The notes below the pieces were generated by a model. The model was given only the letters and a program-made list of their open reading frames with translations. It was not told the DNA's origin and did not search any database. A stretch of 64,000 nt of DNA from the human T2T-CHM13v2.0 reference genome, Homo sapiens, in NCBI RefSeq assembly GCF_009914755.1, contig NC_060938.1, one strand, 5' to 3'. Of this stretch, positions 13,177 to 27,156 are shown piece by piece (positions within the stretch are counted from its first letter, which is position 1; each line of letters begins with the position of its first letter). The translations under genes and the position numbers were made by a program.

Positions 13177-14924
13177 GTTTTCCTCCTAATTACAAAAATA
13201 AATACAGAAAAACACTACTAGAAAACAACATGTTATTGTGTTCCTTCCAGAATTTTTCTATGAGTAGTCACCTGTATTCTAATGTATCATACATATTATA
13301 TGTTACATTATGTATCGTATAATATATAAATGAGGAGGTATATAGAAGTCTTTTTAGATATATTTAATGAATATATATTTTAATTAAAATTTTATATAAC
13401 ATATAATGTTACCAATTTTATTTTTTTATTTCTATCCTAAGGTAACATACTGGTTGTAGAAAGTCAGAAAATGTGTATGAGTAAAAGAAAAAGTGAAAAT
13501 CATGCATATTCTCAGCATTCAGAAAAGAGTACTTTCATTTGTTGTATGCCCCCCTCACTTATTTAAATATACACCCCTAAGTATAAAATGGGAAGTCCCA
13601 TTACACAGGGGTATGTGTGTAATGGGGCATATGTTCCATAAGTAGACCAGGGGTATCACCAATGAGCGTCTTAAACCACTGTTCCCTCTTTCCCTTGTAA
13701 GGCATGCCATGCTATGGTTTCCCAGCCACAGACCCACTTCTCCCTGTGGAAGGGGACGCCACCTGGACGATGGGCCGCTGCTCAGCCTTGGGGGTCCATG
13801 CTAACCCTCTTGAGTTGCTAGAGGCTTTGTGGAAAGACTTCTAAATTTTAAAATCTTCCTTTAAAGTGCCAAGTCAGATGGTCTGATAATGGGACTTTAC
13901 CATAAGCCATAGTTCAGAAAAGACAGTCGACAGCCTAATAAAACTTCCCCTCAGATAGCAAGGGAAAGTAGACAGCTCTGCCCAGCCTGGAGGAGAAGCA
14001 AAGGAGAGAGAGGACAAAGGTAGCAGGTAGACAAGCAAGGCCTCTCCTGCCTCCCTTTCTTGGGATGATTATCTCAGGGACTAGGGTGTCAGTAACAAAC
14101 ACAGGGAGTTGGGGAGGGGTCTAAAACAATCTGGGTTAGGGCTCTGCTTTTCTGAGACATAGTTTGAGGAGAATCCAAGTCTCCTGAACTTATCTGGCAC
14201 AGATCCAACATGGTGCCACAGGATGGTTTAGGAATGACAGAGGGAAGTGACTCAGTGTCCAGGCAAATGGGCATGAGACGGCCCTCCTATTCTCACAGCT
14301 TGCTTAGGCATCTAGGATATGCCTGATTCCTTTTTGGCCCCCAACACAGTAACACAAAGTGCTAAGAGAAGGCCTGGGGTTGAACAGGCCACAGTTCTTC
14401 TCAACCTTCCATTCTAAGTCAAAGGAGAAGAAATACAGCTAATACACTCACTTTCCAATGCTGTTCAATTCCATTTGATGGAGTTCCCACCTGCCTTGAG
14501 GAATAAACTGTCCTTCAAGTTTAATTCATTCTATTCCATTGTGGTACACACATCAGATTAAGGTAGATACTGGGGGACTCCAGAGATGGGGACAATTCCA
14601 CAGACACTGTGCCATTGCCTTGGGCCTTCAGAGCTCCGAGAGGGTTAGCCCAGGCATTGTTCTCTCATCCTATTTCTAATGGTCTTTATCTTCTCCCTGC
14701 TCCTCCAGCCCAGCCACATCCTCTTCTCAATCCTCCATCTCCACCTGCTTCATTCAACCTCTCTTCCATCCCCTGCTTCTGTGAGCCTTGGAGTGCTTAT
14801 GGCAGTAGTCAACCTAGGGCAGATAGGGCCAGGCCTTGAGGCTATGGTGAGAAAGTCAGAAAAATGGAACTAGAATGATAATTGGGGTGGAACATGAATA
14901 ATAATACCTACTATCATTATTACT

Positions 14925-15185
14925 ATTATTTCACTTATAATGATTCTTACTATGTGCCAGGCACTGGTTTAAGCATTTTACATGTATAGTATGAGCTCAT
15001 ACACTTGTGTTAACTCATATAATTAACTCAACTCAAACGCATGAGTTCATACTGCATATGTTACAGCCTATGGGGTAAGTGCAACTATGATCCCACTTTA
15101 GAGACGAGGAAACCTAGGCACAGAGAGGTTAAAGTGCCTTGCCCTGGGTCATTCAGCTGGTACATGGAAGCTAGAACCCCACCAC
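14925..15185 (-). mobile_element. MIR SINE
   Basis: cttactatgtgccaggcactggtttaagcattttacatg ... gaggaaacctaggcacagagaggttaaagtgccttgccc. Confidence 0.8.
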
Positions 15186-16859
15186 AGCAAGCTGGCTGTA
15201 GACCCTCATAGTAAGCCACATTTGGGGACACCAAGCAAGCTAGACCAAGGCAAGTGGCTGCATTTGGTTTGGGAATGCAAGCTGACCCACGGAGGTCCCA
15301 GAGGATCAGAAACAATCCATAATAACTTTTAGGAGATTTGCTAGAAGGCAGGGAGTTTAGAGTGTCTGTGGCTCCTGCTTTGTAGTTCTGGAAACTAAAG
15401 CCGGGGAGTTAGGGCTACGTGACATGCCTGCAGTTGCAAGAAGTAGCTGCAAGAGAGTGGAATTTGCATCTGCACTGCACACTAGGTGGGGCAGAGCCAA
15501 CGTTCAGGAAGGTGTACATGTCTACACCTGCACAGGCGCTTCTGGAGGAGGCAGGTGTGGCAAGCCCCCTGCTGAGGAATCCAGCCAGGGAAGGCATCCT
15601 TTGTCTTGCTCTGGTGGCTTTCAAGCAAAGAGCCCAGTGTGTTTTGCAGGCGTCCATTCATGAGCTTAGCTCCTGAGCTGCACTGACTGGATGACGGGCG
15701 TCCCCGCCCAGGAGCCAGAGACTGTGTCTCCACATGCAGGCAGGGCCAGCGTGAGGTCAGGATTAACCAGAGAAGCTGTGCTCTTCTTGCAGCGCCACAC
15801 TAGGCTGGGCGGGGGGCCTGCTGAAGTGACTGGTCCTTGGAAGCACAAAGCGTGGAGCTCCCACAGCCAAAGGCCCCAGAGGTTCATCATGAGGGGCTTG
15901 TGAGGGGAGCCAGCTATGCTCCCCCCTGTCATAGATGAGGAAACTGAGGCTCAAAATTAAAGCTGGAAAATGATTTCTGGAACCTCAAATCAAGTCTACT
16001 GTCCCCTATTCCAGGTCTATCTTCCCATATACCATGCTGTTTTGGGTACCTATGCCATTTAAAATATCAAGCAGAATGGGGACTTCTTGAGCCTAAATCA
16101 GGCTCACCCTGGGGAACAAGTTCAGAGGACCCCATCAGTATCCAGGGCAGAATATTCATTTGCCCAGTGATGGATGCATTTGGGCCCCGCTTGGAGGCGG
16201 GAGAGATTCCTTGCGCACCCTGCTATTGCACTGCTGCTCCGGCCCGGGCCTCTTCACATTGGACATAACATTTTCATACGTGCTCCCTCCAGTATGTAGT
16301 GTCTCTTCTCTTCCAAGCCCCTCTCCTTTAGATGCCCACTGAAAACCCATCTCCTGTAATGAAACCACAACTATCTTCCTGGAAGTAAAATTACATCACC
16401 TCACCCGTTTGCCCTTTTGCTCCTCCTTGGTTCTAAACCCTGTAGTTCTCAACTCAGGGTATCTTGTGAAACCTTGTGTCCTTTATTCTTGGGCATGGCT
16501 TCAGCGTGGGTGTCCTCCCCCGTATATACTGTCTTACGTGTTGAGGCATGTTTGTGGTTATTTTGCCCAAGGGAAGACACCATCCGTGTAGTAAGGCATT
16601 GGCGTCATTCCAGTGGCTTCTGGATCTAGCTAGGGCCATGATGGTGTCAGTCCCCATGCTACAGCCAGGTCCTCTTGGGTAGGTGTTACTGCTGTAGGCC
16701 TCTTTGCAGGGCCCCATTGCAGGCTGATAAGATGCCATCCGAGTACACAGAGGTCTTCTGCAGGCTGGCCTTTTTCCCAGCTCTTCCAGCTGTGTTTTTC
16801 CCCCTACCCAAATGCTCCAGCTCCACCTCCACCTCCATAGTGCCATGAATACTGGCTCC

Positions 16860-17070
16860 CTTTCCCGTGCCAGGCTCCGTGCTAAGCATTCGCCATGCTT
16901 TATCTCGTTAACCTGCACTACAACTTTAAGAGGTGGATATTTTTATCCACATTTTACAGATAAGGAATATGAGACTCAGAGATAAAATAACTTGCCCAAG
17001 GTTACATAGCTAATAAATGGCGGGGCCTGGATTTGAACCACCACGTTCTTAACCGCTGAGCTCCACCACC
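16860..17070 (-). mobile_element. MIR SINE
   Basis: cattttacagataaggaatatgagactcagagataaaataacttgcccaaggttacatagcta...ggatttgaacc. Confidence 0.85.
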
Positions 17071-18132
17071 TCGTTCAGTCCATGTCGGCTGGTCCATGGC
17101 CCATCCTCAGAGACGCCTGTTTTTGCAGTGAACACCCCCTCAAGTCTTTGACAACACCCTTACCTCCTCGGTTTACCCTTGTGTGCCCTGAGCCAAATCT
17201 GAACCTGTTGAGCTTGATCAAAGAATGAATTGTTATTTGAAAGAGAAAACAAAAGGTGAGGATGACTCACTTTACGCTCTTCTTTGAGCCACTATTTATT
17301 GAGAGCTTTCTGTGTCTCTAGCACTGTTCTAGGTCTCACATTAAATAAAAACCCCTGCCCTCACAGAGATTACAGTCTAGTGAATTAATAGCATGCCTAG
17401 TGCTGACAAGCTGTAAGAAGAAAGGCCCATCCAGAAGGAGGAGTGAGGGCCCTGGGAAGTAGGGGGGTGGCTGCCTCCCTGCCCTGGCAGCTGAGGGATG
17501 ACCTGAGGCCTCAGCTTTTCATGGGGATGGGTCTTGTTCCAAGGCAGAGAGTGCTGGTGAGGCCGTGAGGGTTTCAGGGGCACAGAGGTCTCCAAGCCTT
17601 CTCATTTCTGCTGGTGGTGATATGGAGCCCTAGGTCTAGGCAGAGGCAGTCCATCTGGAACTCTAGCTTCTGTGGCATGAAATGGCCTTGTTGAACATGA
17701 TAGTGTATACAGATTATCTCCAATTATCAGTGAGTGAAGGAGCCCTTTACGAAATTTTAATTCTTCCCCTGCCCAGATGCTCCAGCTCCACCTCCACCTT
17801 CACAGGAATCATAACCAGATTTCCTCTTCTGACCCACCTCTTCCCTTCTCCCTTCTCCCTCCTCCCTGCCCCTGCCCCCACCCCCTCAAATTGGTCTGGC
17901 CTAAGGCCATGCAGAGTAATTAACCTAAACCCAACAAATATAATTAGAAAAGTAAATATGTTAGCCAAAGCAGTCTTATACTATATTTCAAAATCAAATG
18001 TAAGTAATGTAAGTACACGGTGGGAGGTGCAAAGGCTTCCCGAGCACCAGGTCCTTTGCACCTATCATCTCCTTAAACTAACCCTCACTGCAAACTTATG
18101 ATCTAGGCTTTATCCTCCCCATTTTGTAAGTT

Positions 18133-18167
18133 TAAACAAACAAACAAACAAACAAACAAACAAAAAA
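18133..18167. repeat. (AAAC)n microsatellite inside a MIR
   Basis: aaacaaacaaac... seen directly. Confidence 0.9.
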
Positions 18168-18760
18168 CCCCAGGCTTAAAAAGGTAAAGTAACATTACCA
18201 ACATTACATAAATGTCAAGGTTGAGTTTTTAACCAAAGTATGTCTGACCCACAAGTCTGTGGTAGTTCTGTTCCCATCTAGTCCCAGGGCAGCCATTTAT
18301 GCAGAAACAGTAACCTTGGGCAAACTACTTTACCTTCCACTGCCTCAGTTTCCCATCTGTAAAATGGGCCCAATGCTGATAGCTAACTTTCCCCTCAACC
18401 TCAGTTCTGTTCTGGTGATCACATGAACTGGTGTCTAGGAAAGGCCACAGAACTTTCAGGTACTGTGAAAATACAGTATTAATCCTACCCTTGAATTTAG
18501 AAGTGATTATGGCTTTTCCACCATTTAACCTTGTTGGTATCCAGTTCAGCATATCTGGTTTATTTTTCACATTCCTGTTCTGAGGGTAGTCTCTGGCTGC
18601 TGACTGTAAAATCTGTGTTGCTCTCTCTCCAGGAATTAGCATCTCCTCTTCCACAGCTGTACTTCAGCTGTACCTCAGGCCCCTGATTGCCAAGTTGTAG
18701 GTGTTCTATAACGTTCTTTCTTCTGGAATCCCAAGCGAGTAGTCCATATGCACTTCTTTC

Positions 18761-19457
18761 CAGTAGTGTGCTGGTAAATGTTTAACAGCTGGGTTTCCAA
18801 TTGTGAATCTGATGTGAATGTTGGTTAATAATTACATCTACAATAATAAGTAAGATAAAAGTGAAACAACAAAGACGCATTTTGGAACTTCACTGGTTTT
18901 TTTTCCATATGAGCCACTTTTTTGCTGAATCAGGTAATCGTTTTCAAAAACTAGAAAAATATTACCTCAATATATTATGTGATTCACAATGTCACTGCTA
19001 CAGACACGGCACACTTTTACGTCTAATCTTACTGTATTAACATTTTCTCTAGCACTTCCATAAGTCTAGATAATCAACACAACAATAAATCAAGCCCTGA
19101 GTATAGAGTGTGCCAATTTCTGTGGTGTAAATATTCTCACCACGGCCAATTTCAAGCTACCAATGTGATGTTACTGACTGTGGAATTGGGAAGAGAGTCA
19201 GTAGTATACTACGCTACAGTCTTCCCACCATATGTGTAATAAACATAACTCAAGCACATAGATGATAGTAAACTGTAGTTTAAAAAAATTAGGATCTGAT
19301 CTGTTGTTAGTATTTATTACCTTTTTAAAATATAATTAATTATATGTTTATATCATTTAATTTTTAACAATGGCTGTGTTCCACAGCCAGCTTGCAAAAT
19401 TCCTGAAAATTTACCAATCAGCTTTCACAAGCCAATGCAAGCTTCAGCACACCACCG
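18761..19457 (-). mobile_element. MER63-family hAT DNA transposon remnant
   Basis: Terminal inverted repeats cagtagtgtgctg / cagcacaccaccg. Internal MER63-like motifs ttcaagctaccaatgtgatgttactga and gcaaaattcctgaaaatttaccaatcagct. Confidence 0.85.
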
Positions 19458-20724
19458 TCCCGTTCCTCTTCCCGTTAGCCCAGATGGGTCCCATGCTATC
19501 TGATGGCCACACCCTTTGTTAAATAGCTCCAGTTAGTCCTGATCCACGCAAATCAAGAGAACATTAGTCAATGCCCAGTTTCTCCAAATAAACAACGTCA
19601 ACAGCTTCAGTCCAGTGGAGTGACTTAATGATCTGTTTCCTTCAATAAACTGTGATTTCTGAACTCAATTCAGATACCTGAGCGTCGCAGTAAGCTGAGA
19701 GTGAGGCCCAGAGGCGTTCATAATGTAATATACTAAGTTTAAACTTGGCAAGCAGATGACATTGTGAGAAATGGCTTTTTTTAGGCCGATTTTGGGAGTT
19801 TGGGGTGTTTTTTTAAGAGTTAAGCCAAGGCAAAAAAATAACCCTTGCAACACATCACTTCACAGCTGGTCAGCCCAGGAGAGGCTATTCTGGGATATTC
19901 AAGCTAAAGAACCTCTTTTTAAACTCCAGGCAAACTGGAATCAGGATGCAGGGTTTTTATTTTTGTCTGTCATGGATTTACTCTGTCCAGTAATCCTGTA
20001 CAGTAATCTCTGTCCAGTTTGTTCCCTGGGTGGGCCTCAGTTTACCTTCTGGAGAAGTCAAGTCAGCTGCCTTTACCTAGGGCATTATTCGATTTTTGAA
20101 TTGTGGAGACTGAAAAAAGATAGTTGCTAGGGTTTATCAGAGGGTTTGGAGTGTCTACTCGAGGTGTTCCAAATCAGCGGAGAGTCAGAGAGGGGTGAAG
20201 TTGAAGTAGGATCTTATAAGAAATGACAAATGAACAAGATGTAAGAGAGAGGAGGAGGAAGAGGAATAGGAAGGTGAAGGAGGAACAAGGGCCTCCAAGC
20301 AACGTACCATGAAAACATCGGGCAAGTGGCTAAACTGTGCGTCCAGTGTTCACTTTGCTAAGACGGAGAGTGAGGGCATAAGATGATTTAGTTACAGAAG
20401 AAAAGGCAGGCAAGATGGAGCAGGCAGGTGCCTTTTGTCTGGGTTTGACAAGAGAGTTTCCTGGGTAGGGAAGGAATGTGATCAAAGTTATGATTCTAAG
20501 ACCTGCCTGGAAGATGACCAGGGAGTGGGCAAACTTGGAAGCAAAACCAGCCTCCCAAACACCTGTGTAATATCGTGTCCTGGGCCACTGTATAAATAAC
20601 CTCCCTCCTGTTCATCAGTAGGCTTTGTAGTTCTCAGCCTCTCTCCTCTGTTGAAAGTGTGAGCCAGCCCTTTGCATGAAGAAGCATTAGAAGGGATCAC
20701 TGCATACTTCTTTAATTGTCAAGA

Positions 20725-20942
20725 ATGCATACATGCCATGCATATGAAAGATATAGTGGACTTTGGGGACTGGGGAGTGGAGCAGGTTGGGAGTGGGGTG
20801 AGGGATAAAAGATTACACCTTGGGCACCGTGTACACTGCTTGGGTGATGGGAGCATCAAAATCGCAGAAATCACCACTGAAGAACTTATCCATGTAACCA
20901 AAAACCACTCGTACCCCCAAAAATATTAACATTAAAAAAAAG
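20725..20942 (+). mobile_element. L1PB-like 3' end
   Basis: ggggtgagggataaaagattacac...gtgtacactgcttgggtgatggg...gaaatcaccactgaagaacttatccatgtaaccaaaaaccac followed by an A tail. Confidence 0.85.
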
Positions 20943-21552
20943 AATTCCCACCGTGCCTTAAACTTATGTCATCTCACTTTTTTTTTGTCAGCAGCCTAGA
21001 GGGAAGGGGACACAATCCCAATTTTAACACCAAAGCAACTGAGACCTACAGATATTAAATTACTTGCTCCAGATTACAACTGAGACTCAAACCCATCGCC
21101 TGGCCACAAGTCTGGTGCCCTATCTACACCAATCTGTCTCCGGTAAACCTAACTAGCTAGTCAACTTTTCCCATCCATAGGCCAGACACCTTTTGAAATA
21201 ACAAACCATCTGATCTCTAGAAAAACTGAAAGGCCAGTTCCAGTTGTCAGACACACCAAGCTCGAGAGAGTCTCTCCCAAAAGTTCTCTGGAAAGCCCAG
21301 GGATTCCGAATTCCAAAGCCAGCCAAATTTGAATTTCCTCTATAAAGAGATAGTCCCTCCTGGTTTAGAACATAACCTTCCTCATTAGGCTGGTTCCATG
21401 TTTTGTAATAACTTTTGCTTACACCACAAAATTGTCATAGATTACGAAAACACAAAGGCCTTGGAAAAAAGGCCCAGAGCCCCCTGGAAGTCATTATTTC
21501 TTCCTTTAGCAATTGCTGAGTTAAGCACCATAAATATGGTTCCCATCCTGCT

Positions 21553-21579
21553 CCCCTTCCCCCGCCCTCCCCGCCCCCC
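21553..21579 (-). other. G-quadruplex-forming sequence / GC-box cluster
   Basis: The minus strand reads gggggg-c-gggg-a-ggg-c-ggggg-aa-gggg: five G-runs with 1-2 nt loops. Confidence 0.7.
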
Positions 21580-21811
21580 ACGATCAGCTGGACATATGTT
21601 AGGAAGAAAGCAGGGACGTGGGGGTGGAAGAAGATTCGCATGTCGTGAATCTTGAGCACTGAAAAGAAAAAGTGGGGAGAGGGCGGGGAGTTTGCAGCCC
21701 TGGAAATGGAATCTCTGAAGGATTTATTGCCTTTGAGTATCTCACAAGGCTTTTTTTTTTTTAATAAAAATCTGTAGCTTATGGCTTTTTTTTTTTTTTT
21801 TTTTTGTATAG

Positions 21812-22050
21812 GGCAGTAAACAAGAGCTCTGAAAGGGGAAGGAAGCCAGGAGAAAGCCAGCTCCATTAGTCACGCAGCAGCATATCCTGTCACAAAGGAC
21901 CCCAGTTGAGTAATCGCCCAAAATATGCCTGTTATTTTTTTCTGTCAGAAAAAAAATGGGGCCTGCCAAAATGTACTGTAAAAAAAAAAAAATCTGGTGT
22001 CTTAGGCCCAGAGAGGGAAAAGAAAATAAAGAAGAAAGAGTCATAATTTC
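21812..22050 (+). other. RAD51B: Candidate alternative terminal exon (probably a distal RAD51B last exon)
   Basis: Seen: a long T-tract then gtatag|ggcagtaaac acceptor (AG 21810-21811), an A-run at about 21980-21992 and AATAAA at 22025-22030. The gene assignment rests on recalled annotation (RAD51B 3' end about 10 kb from RPL12P7) and is not verified here. Confidence 0.5.
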
Positions 22051-22082
22051 ACAGTGCTCTTCAAACCCTCTCCCCAGCTTAC

Positions 22083-22200
22083 CTGGAAAAGAAAAAGCCT
22101 TCAGACTCTTCACCACGACAGAGCCTGCCAGGCTTGAAGAAAGCTACAGCCTTGGGATGGTCCAGTTCTCAGAGTCTTCATAGTTACTTGGTGCCAAGAG
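22083..22200 (-). other. Candidate 118-nt antisense non-coding exon
   Basis: Minus strand: pyrimidine tract ...cccctcctctttttaag| acceptor and cag|gtaagc donor. Confidence 0.3.
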
Positions 22201-22907
22201 CTTAAAAAGAGGAGGGGTGGTCGGGGAAAGTTGAAGGAGGACAGCACGGGGGGAGAGAAAAAATGAACAGAAAGGGACCCAGGATATTGAACAAGTCCTT
22301 TGACGAGCTTTAAATGGGTGAGGCATTGCTCATAGGGAACCCGCAGGAGCCCACACCAGTTCCATGAGTATTGCATGAGCCCAGCAGGGGCTAGTGACTT
22401 CCAGCCAATGGCCGAGCCTGCTTCGTAAGCTTTTCTGATGGCCCCAGCAAAACCAGCACTGTCTCAGGCCTCCACCATGCCCTGTGGGTGTTTGGGCCAC
22501 AGACTGGACAACAAGGACTTGTGCAGAAGGACATCGGACTCTGGAGAGGTCTGAAACAAGGGGTGGGGAGAGACAGGCTGGTCAGAGCTGCCTGCAACCT
22601 CCCGTATTCTCCTGGATTGGCCTTCCAAAACCCGGGCTGACAGGCTCTTGGTAGGAAAACAGGCCCAGCAAACAAAGGTGTTCTCAAGCCCAGTTCAGTC
22701 ACTGCCTCTGTCCCATGCTCTTAGTCTCATGGCTCTCAGGAGCAGGACACAAGAGACGGTTATGCCCAAGCACAGAACACTCTTGGAAAGCCATCCTTTC
22801 CCTTCTGCTGACATTCTGACCCCCTCAAGGGTTGTCCATGGGGAACAGGCTTTCTGCACCCAATTGACCAAAAAATAACAGAAGCCTTCTCCTTAAGAAA
22901 GAGAGCA

Positions 22908-23190
<283 letters not shown>

Positions 23191-23810
23191 AGAACAGAGC
23201 CCTACAGAGAAGGAAGAAGGCAGGCACATTGTCACTTTTGCTCTCAAGCTCCCTGGATCTCTCCTAGAGGAGAGACCCCCAAACCTGCCTGCACTCCGCA
23301 GGAGCTGACTGGGGGAGGACCCTTTCCAGGGACACCTCCCTGGAGGTGCTCTAATATTTGGCTGCTTGGCCATTCTGGGCCAAGAAGACTCCTTCCCTAG
23401 CCCAGGACCATTAGTCTCCCTGATGATTGCTGCAGAAAGGCCCAATTTTCAGGGCCCTACCTAGCCCTTCAATACCTTTGAGCCACCCATCTTGTCTGAG
23501 CCAGAGTCCTAAAGCCAGTCCTGAGCTTCAAGACCCATGCTTGCCCTGGCCACTGCTTCCCCTGGGAGAGCTGCCTGGCTTCCTGCAGAGAGCTGGCCTG
23601 CAAGTTGGAAGGGCATATTCTCCTCCCGGCTCCCTGGCTAAATTGCTATAGAATTTCAGGTCACTCAAGTGAACTTTCTGTGACTATTTTTTCCTCCCTT
23701 CAAGATTTATCAACTATTAATTGGAGCCTCTAGATGCCTGCAATGTGGAGGTCCTGAGAATTCAATACAGAATAATACAAATGCAGTTCTTCCTGTGAAG
23801 CCTGGACAAC

Positions 23811-23870
23811 CTTTCCCTTCCTTCCTTCCTTCCTTCTTTCCTTCCTTCCTTCCTTCCTTCCTTCTTTCTT
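23811..23870. repeat. (CCTT)n polypyrimidine microsatellite
   Basis: Seen directly. Confidence 0.95.
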
Positions 23871-25444
23871 GAGTTTCCTGATGCCAGCTCCTCAGATGGT
23901 GAGCCAGCGGTGGGAAGGTAGTGGTGGGGGTGATTATAAATACAATAAGAAATAAACCCACACACTGCAAAACTCCATGTTAATACTATTAATAGTATTT
24001 CCAAATTGCATACAGGTAGAAGACAGTTCCTTAGCAACATGATCGTAATGAGAATTCCACAAGGGCATCTGGAATTTACTCTGTCAGACATTCCAGCTTA
24101 TCAGGAAATGAAAAGGACCAAGACTATCATATAATGTGCAAACTATGCTAATGCCTATCACTAGTGTATATCAGACCCCAGTTACAGGACTGACCCATGG
24201 GACTCCCCTTGTCTCAGCTTTAATCACATGAAGTACCTGAGGCCTGTTGTCCTCCTCGGGGCTCAATGCCTTCTTGCGGCCAGGTCCTTCGTATAATTCA
24301 AGAGTTGAAATCACTGTCAACACAGCCCTTTGACTAATGTTCCGGGGTGACAGGCCTGGCACGTGAACACATGAGTGATGCTATTATCCCCCAAATCACA
24401 GGTGAGTGAGGTCTCTGGAGATGTCCACCCCCACATGAATTTCCCTTTGTGGTAGCAGTAACATCTGAGTCACTAAGCATGGGGCCACAATTTAGGCTCA
24501 CTCCCTCCCCTTCCTGTGCCCCAAAAGGGGGCTGAAGGCGGGTCCTCACAGCAGAAAAAGCTCCACTTCCTCCGAGCTCCAGACAGCACATCTCAGCTGT
24601 GTTGGGCCTTACAAGGCTGCGGTCAACAGGCACCCAGGTGATGAGGTCTTTCTCAGCCTGTTGTTCTCTTGTTAGCCCTTTGATGTTTCAAAGCTGACGA
24701 GGTCAGCATCTTCCAGGCTGCAGGAAACATGCCTGCCAGGTATACCTTTCAAGCAGCTGATTAATATGTCATGTGGTCTCTGGTCAGAGGAGAGTGTAAG
24801 GGCTGTTGAAATGACTCACCAGCTCAGCTCCCGTGTCTTTGGGAAACGCTACCCTGTCAGCAAGAGGCCTCCAGCTGAAAAGTAAAGACACAGATCTGAA
24901 AGGGTACAGTTCTAGCGTCCAACAAACTATTATACATCCTAAATGAAGTGAGAAATGGTAGGCTCTTCACCTGCCAGGGCCTGGCGGGGCCTGTGTCCCA
25001 GGACTGCTTAGGAATCCAAGCCTCGCACTGTTTATCCATTATACTGATGAGAAGCCTGTGAGACAGGGAGGCTTGCTGGGCCTCCAAAGTCCACTTGCTG
25101 GCTTGTTACTTGGCACCATCAGATCTACGCTAGGGATGGTGTAACTAGAGCCTTTGAGTGCATGAAAAGTCTGTGGCCTGACAAAGCACTTACTGACCAA
25201 GGAAAATCAACTTCAGGTGCAGCAGGAAAGGTCTGGTACCCAGAATGTCTGGGGTTTTGAGACACTGGAAAAGATTGCCTAATAATGTCATGGGCTCCCT
25301 TCCCTGGAAATAATCTGAAAATAGGATAAGTTCCCTCCAATCTTGGATGGGTCAACCTCGTCTTGAGGTAAGGAGACGGTTACATCAACCCATGGAGAGG
25401 GCCTGTCAGCAACTCTGAGTCTATTAGAGGGTATATTTTCAAAC

Positions 25445-26050
25445 ACAAAAAACTTTTTATCCTGGTAAAATATACCTAACGTAAAAGCTACCATTTTACC
25501 CATGTTTAAGTGTACAATTCAGTGGCATTAAGTACATTCACATCGTTGTATAAGCTTCCCCGTCATCTCTCTCCAGAACTTTTTCATCTTTCCAAACTGA
25601 AACTCTGTGCCCATTAAACACTGACTCCTCTTTCCCCTCCTCACAGCCCCTGGCAACTACCATTCTCCTTTTCATCTTTATGATTTTGACTACTCTAAGT
25701 ACCTTGCATACGTGGAGTCACGCAGGGTTCTTGTGTGACGGGCTTGTTTCACTTAGCACAATGTCCTCAAGTTTCATCCATGTTGTAGCATGTGTCAAAA
25801 TTTCATTCCTCTTGAAGGCTGAATACTATTCCATTGTGTGTGCATGTGCAGGTGCATGTGTGTGTGTGCGTGTGCAGGTGCATGCGTGCGTGTGTGTGTG
25901 TGTGTGTGCATGTAGCACGTTTTGTTCATCCATTCATCTGTGATGGACACTTGGTTGTTTCCGCCTTTTGGCTATTGTGGATAATGCTGCCGTGGACTTG
26001 GGGGTACAAATATCTGTCCCTCCTTTCAATACTATATCCAGAAGTGGAAC
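25445..26050 (-). mobile_element. L1M 3' fragment with embedded (GT)n/(GTGC)n repeat (25834-25912)
   Basis: aagtgtacaattcagtggcattaagtacattcaca...cagcccctggcaac...ggctgaatactattccattgtg. Confidence 0.85.
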
Positions 26051-26160
26051 TGCACAAAGAAAACTTTAAAGACAAAAGCATTGTGCCCCCAGAAGAAGGC
26101 ATGTCGATGTCCTCACATCATGATTTCATATGGAGAAGAAACACCTAAAAAAAGTTGGGC

Positions 26161-26722
<562 letters not shown>

Positions 26723-26853
26723 TCATAGCAGCAATGTCTGCAAGACTTAGTCACTGGGAGTGGCCTGTGGTCCCTCACTAGGACACTGCTGAAATAAACT
26801 ATGGTACAGCCATACCGTGAATTCCCACACAACCATTAAAAAGAATGAAGGAG

Positions 26854-27156
<303 letters not shown>

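Noticed and set aside
11976-13322. Long His/Thr/Tyr-rich and Cys/Val/Met-rich ORFs (up to 307 aa) on both strands
   Set aside because: All frames are open because the CA/TA/TG repeat rarely forms stop codons. These are artefacts, not metal-binding proteins.
21528-21539. CArG box
   Set aside because: The spacing is CC(A/T)8GG, not the SRF consensus CC(A/T)6GG.
24399-24407. Consensus plus-strand donor CAG|GTGAGT
   Set aside because: I could not pair it with a convincing acceptor, and isolated donors are common.
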